Origin: Ruditapes philippinarum
Taxonomy: Eukaryota
Direction of reading: 5' to 3'
Length of the DNA stretch: 64,000 nucleotides
Assembly (NCBI RefSeq): GCF_026571515.1
Contig: NW_026857783.1
Coordinates: forward strand, 50,878-114,877
Part shown: piece by piece, positions 1 to 10,606 of the stretch
How positions within the stretch are numbered: position 1 is the stretch's first letter
How the letters are laid out: every line of letters begins with the position of its first letter
The notes under the pieces: generated by a model
Seen by the model: the letters and a program-made list of their open reading frames with translations, nothing else
Told to the model about the DNA's origin: nothing
Databases searched by the model: none
Program-made: the position numbers and the translations under genes

Positions 1-1566
1 TAGATATAAATATGACATCTAAAATTTAAATGCGTCACGTATAAAAATTTTGTTGTTTTCTTTTAACAAAAAAATAAACTTAAACGCCGGAATCGAGAAA
101 TAACTGCATTGTACTATAATAACACAAACTTTGAAACCAATAATATTATTTACAATTCCATGATATCACCCAAAGTAAACAAACAAACAATGTAAAGTAA
201 AATTTGTTACAAACCAGAAAATAATGTATCTTATCTAAATTTGATAGCACGATTTAAAATCAGACCGATTCAACCTTACAATGATTTACTCACATCATCT
301 TGCATCTCTGCCTTACTTCAAAGGAAAACCCATACGTTTAGGTACTTCGAAAATATGTTAAATTGTCGTATCCAGTGTATGAAGTTTTAATTTGGCATCG
401 CCTTTGTCAAATAGTATAAATCACTTCCTGACTTTAAGAAATCGGTTCCAGTAAAACGATTGCTATCAAAACACATAACAATAGTGTCTTTATATAACTT
501 AGGTGATTTTTCTTTTTTATAAACGTTCATAGTTTTGTTAATTTCTTGGTTATATTCCAAATATATGAGAGTGCATATAGAAGCTTTATCCAAACTTACG
601 CAAAGATTAAAAACAACACATGCGAGTAATTGTATGGACTTTGAATATTTGTGCAGATTTTAACTGTAAACAAAATTACTTTCTTTACTCTCTTATTTTT
701 TCTAACTTTTTGTCTAAAGGCAAATATGTTGAAATCGCTAATGGTTTTCGGCACTTAGACAAATTTGTCATGTAGCCTTTAGTTTAATCACAAAAATAAA
801 TTCAATTTAATGTAATTTGTTGTTTTCATTGCATGCGAAGGATCCCCCATATACAAGATTTTAAAATGCATAAAAATAATATTTTATTGCCTAAAACATA
901 ATAAATGTCTAACAGAAAATGCATCCAGAGCGGCCAGAAAGTAAGCAAGGTAAAACTGCCAAACACGTTTTAGCACAATATTCAAACGGAAAGAAAAATC
1001 GCTTGAAACACACTATTGATCAAGAATAGATCGACACAAAATTAATATCGTGGGAACCAAATGAAAAAAAAATCACTAGTTATTTTGAAAATTAATTCTG
1101 ATAATTATTTAAATTGTTTTTTTTTATTTTCAGAAAAAGTTCAATCACATTTATAGTTCAAAAAACCTGTATATATTTCAGGAACGCGGTTTTAAAATAA
1201 AATGCATCTAAATTGACATTACCTGGTAATTTATGACAAATGATTATAAAGTGGTTCGAAAATAAAGCAGAATGCCTACTCTATCTGCATCAGTATACGT
1301 ATTTCATTAAACATATTTTAATGCCTGTATTAAAAGGATATTGGTTATAACTACCTGTAATAAATGTTTCTTTGAAAATAGTTTACGGAAGTTTACATTT
1401 GCTTAAACAACTCAAATATAAAATATCTCACGGTGATTTAGATTTATATCAGTCAAAATTGCTACCTGTAGGGAATAAGTTGTTATGCCCCGCTATATAA
1501 AGGCCGGGGCATATAGTGTTACCCTGTTGCGTCATTCCGTCATTCTGTCATTCCGTCATCATCAGT

Positions 1567-2700
1567 TTCCGTTCATTGTCTTAGTAACGGTTGCACACAA
1601 TCAACTTAAATTTTACATATGGATATGTTATGAGAAAATACAGGTCAAGTTAAAATTTGGTCATGGTTCAATGATCTTTGGCAGAGTTATGCCCTTTTTA
1701 CTTTGAAAATATTATTAAAATTTCAGTTGCCGTTCATTATCTCCCCAACAGTACAACACATTCAACTCAAACTTGACATATGGATATATTATGAAAAAAT
1801 ACAAATCAAGTTCGAATTTAGTCATGGTTTGATGATTTTTTTTACAGAATTATGCCCCTTTTACTTTGAAAAATGAAAATAGTATGGAATTTTTAGGGTT
1901 TTTTTTCAGTTTCCATTCGTTATCTCCCCAATAGTGTTACATATTCAACTCAAATTTGACATATGGATACGCCAAAGGAATGGGCAGGTCAATTCGAATT
2001 TGGCCATGGTTCAATGAGTTATGCTCCTTTCACTTTGAAAATAATATGAAATTTTCAATTCTGTTCATTATCTCCCCAATAGTGTTACATATTCAAATCA
2101 AATTTGACATATGAATATGTCAAAGAAATGTGCAGGCCAAGTTAAAATTTGGTCATTGTTCAATGATTTTTGGCTGAGTTATGTCCCTTTTACTTTGAAA
2201 AAAATATGAAATTTTCAGTTTCCATTCATTATCTCCTCTAGGGTATTGCACATTCAACTCAAATTTGACATATGGATACGTCAAAGAAATGCAGAGGTCA
2301 AGTTTGAATTTTGTTATGGTTCAATGATTTTTGGCAGAGCTATGCCCCTTTAACTTTGAAAAAAGGAAATTTTCAGGTCCCATTCATTATCTTCCCAACA
2401 TATTCAACTCAAATTAAAGATATGGATATGTTATAAGAATGCATTGGTCAATTTCGAATTTGGTCTTGGTTTGATGATAGCTGACAGAGTTATCCCTCTT
2501 GAACTTTGAAAAAAAAATCAGAAATTTTAAGTTTCCGTTCATTATCTCCCAATGGTTGTACACATTAAACTCAAATTTGACATATATATACATCTTAGGA
2601 ATAAGCAGTTCAAGTTTGAATAATTTTAGACAAACTTATCTTTGTTGAATGTTGGAAAAATTTTGAATTTTCAGTTTCAGCACTCATACTTTTGTGGAAC
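1567..2700. repeat. Tandem satellite array, ~160-bp unit, about 7 copies
   Basis: Unit beginning 'tttccgttcattatctccccaa...ttatgcccctttt actttgaaaa' recurs at 1567, 1727, 1908, 2058, 2218, 2376 and 2531 (periods 150-181 bp). A short hairpin (tgccccg...cggggca, 1486-1511) and an 8-bp 'gtcattcc' triplet precede it at 1485-1566. ORF 1485-1706 lies in the array and is spurious. Confidence 0.85.
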
Positions 2701-4308
2701 TGTATGCGGCCATTATTTTGGCTACAAATATTCAATATGATTTTACAAAAGGTTAAGATTGAATAATTTCAGTGCCTTTACATTGTATAAAAATGGTTTG
2801 TGTTTACATTGAATAGTTTTAAGGGGTTTGAACTTAAAATGAAAAAAAAAAACATAAACAACTTTGGAACTAAATATTATAACATCTGAAGTTTTGGCTG
2901 CATGCGGGGGGCATCCGTGGCATGATGACACATTTCTAGTAAATAAATATTTTGTAGATAATTAAAAATCACAAACATGCAATGTGTATAATACCGCACA
3001 TATACTTTAAAAATCTAAATTGTTAAGTCTTTTTTGACAAACTTGTTTAATAGCAAAGTGAAATATCAAATATCTTAATCATCCAGTACTTTAAGTTATT
3101 TGTCAGCCATATTAAAGAGCGGTCTCATTGTTGCCCAGGCTACCCAATTAATGCTTTGTTAATAAATCGCGTTTCCTTATAGGCATGATGTCAGATAATA
3201 TAATTGAAGCGTCTGTTGCAATAGTGAAGTGTGTGTTGTCAGACTTGTTCAACAAGAAGCTTATATTATAACAAACAAAGATGAAATCAAATACACATTG
3301 CATGAACAGAACGTATAATTATACCAGGAGATATTAGTGTACCAATCATGTCAAGTTCCCTGGACTAGATGTACAATACATTTCTGTTTGATAGTAAACT
3401 GTTGCTGTTTTGAATTTAACATGCGACCGGCTTTCAAACAAATAGCTTTATATGAGAGACATACTTAATTTCTTTTAACATTTTCAAGAGAGTTTCATGT
3501 TTCTTTAAAGAGATTAATTTGTTACATTTTCCAAACGTTATAATAACTGTTGAATATAACATGTAGAAAAGAAAAGGAAAAATCATTATGGTTGCTTAGT
3601 TTGTGCAATGGATTGAAAAATAAAATGTTGTCTAACACGATTGTCAATCAAATAGAATATAGACAGTTGTATTGTTACATAATAAAACACCAGTTTGAAA
3701 GACGGGAAGGAAATCCTTACCTAAAACACATAAATAAGCCTAATCTGATCATGACAACAAAGATCCTGTCTTTATAAAATCAGTTACAGTTTAGTGACCG
3801 CTCGAAATACCAGATGCCAGTATACCTAATCACGTGATATCTATGGATACCAGATTACGTCATCAGAGATACAAAATACGTCATTGATTGTTCTGTCCAT
3901 TCCTTCAAGCATATATATCATTTGGACACGTCTTTGGTTTCGAAAAAAAAAATAAATCAGGGTAATAGATCAACTTAGTAAATCAGCAGTGTTGCAATTT
4001 TAATTATTAAGTACAGTTATACATATCAGTAAATTGCTTTTGAATGCTATGAAGGACATTTTTCGTCTGCAAACCTTTGCTCCTGAATCAGGAGTATAAT
4101 ATATACAAGACGTTTGGAAAATATTGATAAATCATTTTGACTGTTATAGAGTCATTAATTTCTTTCTAGTTTCCTATCGTAAATTTTCATTTTCTATTGT
4201 TTGATTGTTTTTATTTTGTTGCTTTTGTTTTTGTTGTTTCGTAAACAAGTTAAGTTTATCTGAACATTTGCATCCTAACAATTGCATAAACGATATAAAA
4301 CACTTGTG

Positions 4309-4437
4309 CTAGGGGGCGTGGACGGGAACTTGCACTTTCCAGTACCGTCCATGAACAGGCACAATCAAACCGAGCCTGCAACATTTTCAATTTTGCCGTG
4401 TTGGGCTTTCTTTAGGGATTCTGTATTTATCTATATT
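4309..4437 (-). mobile_element. Interspersed ~130-bp hairpin repeat (Helitron-3'-end-like, or SINE). Other copies at 19123-19262, 46640-46712 (rc), and 51040-51300 / 51335-51560 (rc, tandem pair)
   Basis: Near-identical 'ctagggggcgtggacgg[gt]aacttgcactttccagtaccgtccatgaacaggc.caatcaaaccgagcctgcaacattttcaattttgccgtgttgggctttctttagggattctgtatttatc' at 4309 and 19134. Read on the minus strand it ends in a hairpin (ggacgg..ccgtcc), then 7 nt, then CTAG. The divergent 51-kb copies keep both hairpins through compensatory changes (gaggga..tccctc; cagactc..gagtctg). Confidence 0.6.
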
Positions 4438-7188
4438 ATATTGTTATGAATAATATAATTTTGTAAACATTTTGTTTCAAATTTGGGGTTAAAGCTCATT
4501 TATTCCCATAAAATTAAGAAAGAGTAAAATGTCCAAGTAATGTACGATATGATTATTTTCAAAATGTTCTTGGTAAGTATTAAACATATGCTAAAATATA
4601 CTATTTCATTTAACGCTATATTTCATTTTTGTATAAATCAATGATATGATAAAACAACATACCTTGTCTTTAGGACGTCAACACTGTTCAACGTCCAGAG
4701 AATTGTTGCCAATGTGATTGTTACAAACTCCCCTTTCAAATTACATTCATGGTACTTATTCAGTAACGTAATCATCTACATCAAGTTACAAAAGCATGTC
4801 TCTGTTAAATATATTTTGCCTATTCTACGTTTTAAGTTAAAAGAAATGAATACTTTTTATTCTACTTATCATATATGTAAAAGATGAAATATGCGGGTGC
4901 ACCTAAGGTCGAACATGCTCCTAATTCCGACCAAAATATCATAATTCATTTAATATTTCATGTTTAACACAATTCACAAAAGCGACATCATTATAATAAC
5001 GTCACTTTGTCTCTCTTTCCACACGCAACATTTTGAATTTGTTGTTTGTTTTGATTTTGGGCATTCAAGGATATACTTCAATTTTTGGTAAGTCATTTTA
5101 TTTATTAGCTTAATTTTTACAAATTTTTACTAATAATATAAAATGTTGAATATTGATGCTTTAGTCAAATTCTTTTGAAATCAATGATGTAGACAAAAAT
5201 AAAAATCATGTGTGAAGCCCGTGTACATGTTTTAAGGTCGTATGACTGAATAACTGGCTGTGTTCGGAATTACATACTGCACTCACTGAATGTTCCAAAT
5301 TCCGAACAAAAGTTGATAGAGAATGATTCACCCCAGTGGACTCAACAACTACAGCAACTACTGTTGTTACAGCAGCTGTGACTCCTCCTACATCAGCTGG
5401 TAAATTATCGCCGTCAGATATTGTAAACGAATCTGTGCTTGATGAAATTCCTACAGCTTCAACTGATTTAGTCACCACTCCATCTAAGCCATCTACCCTC
5501 GTGTCTCTCTCAGTGGAGCCGACTGTTACATCAACATCATTCATGTTTACTGTGACACCTAACATTGAGACTGATTCTATTACAACACCATCTAAATCTT
5601 CAGATGAATGTGTTCCTAAAGCAACAGACGAATCTATGTCACAATTTAGCAAACATTTAATATTCCCAAAGACTGAAACAAAGAAACCAATAGCACGTAA
5701 AATGATAATGCCAAAAGCAACAGGGGAAAAGTACAGATAATGGTTGAACGAAAAAGCAGAAAAGAAAGAAAAGGGATTGAAAAAAAAACAAGAACGTCAG
5801 AGAGAATGATTACAAAATAAACTCAAGAGAGCCAAATAGCTGAAGGAAAAACAGATTGCACTCGAAAAGAAATGGAAGGATAGAGAAGAAGCGAAGAAAA
5901 AGCTGAGAGAACTGAAGGAGAAAAAGAAGCAAGAGACTAAACAGAACATAAAAGAAATTAAGGCATCCGATTCAGATGATAATATTGCAGTAAGTCCTAC
6001 AAGCTGTTTTAAGTGCAAAACACTTTATGAGGAATATATACAGTGCATAAATTGTTTCAGGCGCTGTTTTTCTTACTGTTGTTGCCGATGAACTTACAGA
6101 CTGCCCGGATGATCTTCCTTTCGAATGTAAATACTGTTAGTGTTGGTGCAACAACATATATTCTCCACATATAGAAAATTACTTGATGCAAACTGTAGTT
6201 ATAGTATTGTCGCTTAAAATATGCTATTGTTTGAATCTTTTTTTTTTGGTATTTGAAACTATATATTTTCCTTTGCGTTGACATTCAATACTTTTTTTGC
6301 AGAAATGAATATGATTAATAAAATTTCTGAACATTTAAAAAATACTTTGATGATTGACAAAACTTATTTCTAAGGTAGATTTATGCCAAAGTACAAAAAT
6401 GGTGTGTATTTGTTTACGAAACATATTTTATTCATATATTTATTTTTAAAAAGTTCCTCATGTTCGGAATAAGGAACACCAATGTTCGGAATTACAATCA
6501 TCGTTCGGTATTAGGGGCAGTAGGTAGATCTTTTGATCGGACGATAATGCTTTTATTTGTATTCGTTAGGGTTTTAAAACTGGCAGCATAATTACTAATC
6601 TATTAAAGTAACCCACTTTGATGTGACAGATTTTAATCCACAATTTTCTGATGTTCATTGTGGTAAAGAATTATGTTTTAATATTATTGGAAAGGATCTT
6701 ACTTGTAATGTAGATAATGCAGTTTTGCAAAACGATAACAATGAGGCCATTATTAAATCAACATGCCTTGGGATAAAAATCTGAAGGATGATTATATAAA
6801 TCAGTTTGATAATATCGATACAAATAATATTACAGAAGAAATGATTAAAATATTAAATGATAAGAATTATAATGATGAATGTATTAATTCCTTGACTGAA
6901 AAACTGTCAAGTATCATAACTAATGCTGCTAAAAGGTGTAATTTAATACAAGAAAAAAAAATTCACAGAAAAGAAAAAATGCAAACTTGACCAAAAATGG
7001 TTTGATAAAGATTGCTCGAAATTTAGAAAGGAATATTACCTAAGCAGAAATACCTATAGGAAAAATAAAACCGAAGGTAATAAAAACCTTATGATGATAA
7101 ACAGTAAAAGATATAAAACAAGAGCGATCAGTAATCACATGTGTCGCCGTCATGATAGGCAAAGTTTCATGTTGGGACACAATTTTGT

Positions 7189-7995
7189 GACAGACAGACA
7201 GACAGACAGACGGACAGTGCACAACTAGGACTTGGTACTGATCATTCCTGTAAAGTTTGGATAAAATTGCACCAGTAGTTTTTATGAGTAGTAGGTCCGG
7301 ACAAGCTTTTTGCGTATCTGAAAAAAACACCTTTTTATCAAAGGGCCATAACTCGGCAAAAATCATTCAACCCGGAAAACCCGTGCAATATGCGCAAGGA
7401 AACTTGAGCTGATCAAATCCTGTAAAGTTTCATTGAAATTGCATGAAGTGGTATAAGAGAAGTAGTCCGGACAAACTTTAAAAATAAAAATTATTTAAAG
7501 GCCATAACTCTGACAAAAATCATTGGAACCGGAAAATGCTGACAATATGCACAACTAGACTTGGTACTGATCATTCCTGTAAAGTTTGGATGGAATTGCA
7601 CCAGTAGTTTATGAGAAGTAGTCCGGAACAAACTTTTGTGTATCTGGCAACACACAGAAAAAGAAACCTTTTAATCAAAGGCCATAACTCGGCCAAAAAA
7701 TCATTCAAACCGGAAAAACCCGTGCAATATACGGCGCAAGGACTTGAGCTACAGATCAATCCTGTCAAGTTTCATTGAAATTGCATTAGTGGTATAAGAG
7801 AAGTAGTCCCGGACAAACTTTAAAATTAAAAATTATTTAAAGGGCCATTAAAACTCTGACAAAAATCATTGAACCGGAAATGCTGACAATATGCACAACT
7901 AGACTTGGTACTGATCATTCCTGTAAAGTTTTGGATGAAATTGCAACCAGTAGTTTATGAGGAGTAGTCCGGACAAGTTTTGTGACGGACGCACG

Positions 7996-8042
<47 letters not shown>
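7189..8042. repeat. Tandem array (~340-bp unit with ~170-bp sub-repeat, 2.3 copies, 7218-7984) bracketed by (GACA)n microsatellites (7189-7217 and 7985-8042)
   Basis: Units start 'gcacaactag(g)acttggtactgatcattcctgtaaagtttgg' at 7218, 7549 and 7893. There are (gaca)7 on the left and (gaca/gacg)14 on the right. ORF 7982-8338 starts inside the microsatellite (DRQTDRQTD...). ORFs 7040-7366 and 7571-7768 are spurious. Confidence 0.85.
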
Positions 8043-8044
<2 letters not shown>

Positions 8045-8092
8045 GAAGTGATCCCTATATGTCGCCACTACTCCGTAGAGGCGACACAAAAA
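8043..8092 (+). mobile_element. Hairpin-bearing tail following the microsatellite (pearl/HINE/Helentron-type 3' region)
   Basis: 'gtgatccctatatGTCGCCactactccgtagaGGCGACacaaaaag' contains a 6-bp stem hairpin. The same architecture (tandem core, then tetranucleotide microsatellite, then hairpin tail) recurs at 25651-26138, 54151-55389 and as a solo tail at 48600-48700. Confidence 0.5.
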
Positions 8093-8094
8093 GA

Positions 8095-9420
8095 ATTTAA
8101 TAAAAAGTTTAAGAGTTTCAATGACAATGTCATAAAAAAACTGAGAGGATTAAAGCATAGTGATCCTAAATCTTATTGGAGTTTATTAAATACATATTCT
8201 TCTGATAAAAAAGTGATAATAAATAAAATAACTAATGAGGTTTTCCATGAGCATTTCAGTAATTTGAATGCAGATATTTTAAGAAATGAAAATGACGTAG
8301 ATAATTTAACAACTTACCAATGTTTAATGAGGCACTGAATTCGCAATTTACTGAGCAAGAAATAGATAAGGCTATAAAGGCGCTTAAGAATAATAAAAGT
8401 CCATCTATATTTGATAATATTCATTAATGAGTATCTCAAAAAAACTCCTGATAATCTGCTGGCTGTACTTACGCTATTTTTTTTAACATTATATAGACTC
8501 GGGTATCTTTCCGGATGTGTGGAGCAAGGGAGTTATCTTACCATTGTATAAAAATAAGGGGATATTAATGATCTGGATAATTACAGGGGCATAACAATAC
8601 TCAGTTGCTTTGGAAAACTTTTCACTTCGGTACTTAATAACAGATTAAATGACTTCTTGAAATCAAACAACATTCTATGTGAAGACCAAAGCAGGTTTTC
8701 AGGAAAGCATTATAGTACTGTTGATCACTCATATTTTCATTTAAAACTTTCTAGTGGACGTTAATCTAGCACATGGAAAAAAGTTGTATTGTACATTTTG
8801 TAGATTTATCGCAAGGCCTTTGATTCTGTTAATCGCACTGGCCATGTGGCATAAATTATTAAGTTACAAAATTGATCGGGAAAGCTTTTAAAATAATACT
8901 CAATATGTATGACAAAGCAAGTCATGTGTTAGTTCGAATAATTTACAATTTCAGATTTTTCACTAGTCATACTGGGAGTAAGACAAGGTGAAAACTTATC
9001 TCCAATATTGTTTTCTCTTTTCTTGAATGATCTAACTAATTTTTATAGTTTGATAAATATGAAGGTTTGCAGTTTCTAAAAGAACATATAAATGATAATG
9101 TTAAGTAATGATGAAATGGAAGTTTTATCTTAAACTGTATTTACTATTGTATGCGGATGACACTGTAATATTGTCAGAGAGCTCTCAGCAGCTTCAGTTA
9201 GCATTAAACGCTATGTTCTGACTACTGCAAGCTTTCGAATCTTGAAGTAAATTCAAATAAAACCAAAGTTATTTTATTTTGGAAAAACCAAGAGAGGTTT
9301 GCGTAATATGCCTAACTTTCACTATGAGGGGACTGTCCTTGAAATTGTTGAGCATTTCTCATTTTTAGGGTTCAAATTTTCATTTAATTAGTAAACTTCA
9401 GCAGAACTAAAACATTCCTT
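8095..9420 (+). pseudogene. Decayed non-LTR retrotransposon (LINE) ORF2 / reverse-transcriptase fragment
   Basis: Three-frame translation gives RT motifs broken by stops and frameshifts: 'FTEQEIDKAIKALKNNKSPS', 'YRGITILSCLGKLFTSVLNNRLNDFLKSNNILCEDQSRF', 'FVDLSQGL...', 'NLSPILFSLFLNDL', 'LYADDTVILSESSQQLQLALNAMF', 'FLGFKF'. Confidence 0.75.
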
Positions 9421-10606
9421 ATTGGATCAAGCCCGTTAAAGCAATGTTTTTCTGTAATTAGGAAATCTTAGGATACTTTTTTTTTACCAATAGATATGCA
9501 ATTACACTTTGTTTGATACAATGATAGCACCCATTTTTTTTATGGGTTGTGAAGTTTCGGGGGTGTTGAAGATGTGAGTGTTGTGGATGAATTTCAAATT
9601 TAAAATACCTAAAGGATAATTCATATGTACAGGTTAAACTTTTTCATCGATTGTTGGTGGCTTGGCTTTGTTTTCTTTTTGTCTCCAATGCTATGATTTA
9701 TGGGAGTTGGGTATTACCCCATTTCAACAACAAATTAAAAGTAGAGTTCTCAATTACTGGGGTAAATAGTTAATTCTAAACATGATAAGATAGTCAGCAT
9801 TCTATATAGAACAACTTCATAATTTATATACTCTGAAATAATATTAATCAGATTGGGGTCTGTTTTGTTCGAAATAATTTAAATAATCTTTTTTTGGATT
9901 GTCGCATTTTTGGATAAATTATCAAAATGTGGATCTCCTGCTTCATTCAAGAAATACTGTCAACTTAAGATTGCGTGATCATTTTATGCAAAATTGGAGA
10001 GTACAATTAATAATTCCTCTCAGTAAAATGTTAAATTACAGGATTTATAAAACAGGATTTTTGTTTTGAACCATACCTCAGCAAGTTAACCTATGAATTT
10101 AGCTTTAATTCTCTTTAAATTTAGAAGTCATGAATCACAAACTTCCATTGAAAAGGGAAAGGTTTATGATATTCCAAGAGAACTTAGAACTTGTAAAACA
10201 CTATGCTACCAGGTAACTCTTTTTAGGCGACCGAAATTCCATTATTCTTTTTGAATGTTCACATTTAGTCAATACAAGAAAGCTGTATCTTGAAAAAAAT
10301 GATTAACTATGAACGTCCAAGTACTTTTAAAAATTTGAAAAATTAATGAACCATAGTAATAAAGATATCCTTTTAGGAAAACTGCCATCATTTTGCAAAA
10401 TTATTAAGTTATTATTTAAATAAAGTTAGCTTTTTAGAATTATGTATTTTTTTTCTCTTTGTTTTTTTTCTCGCAATGATTTTTGATTTTTCTCTCTCAG
10501 TCCTCCATTATCAGTGGCAATTATTACAGTAATTTTATTACATCATGGAGTTGTATGACCATTTATAATTTGCCATTTTGTAGTATTTTGTTTTTACATA
10601 TTATTT

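Noticed and set aside
5206-5740. Thr/Ser-rich 'mucin-like' ORF (5336-5740, +) and a 148-aa antisense ORF (5206-5652, -)
   Set aside because: Open frames on both strands over the same low-complexity (ACN/GTN-rich) stretch indicate compositional bias rather than coding. No splice or start context supports it. It is left as unannotated low-complexity sequence, possibly an old degraded exon.
5740-6130. Lys/Glu-rich stretch followed by Cys-rich peptide (CFKCKTLYEEYIQCINCFRRCF..) suggestive of a zinc-finger or PHD-like exon
   Set aside because: It is interrupted by stops in every frame within ~100 codons and lacks consistent splice signals. It may be a decayed transposon ORF, but it is too weak to annotate.
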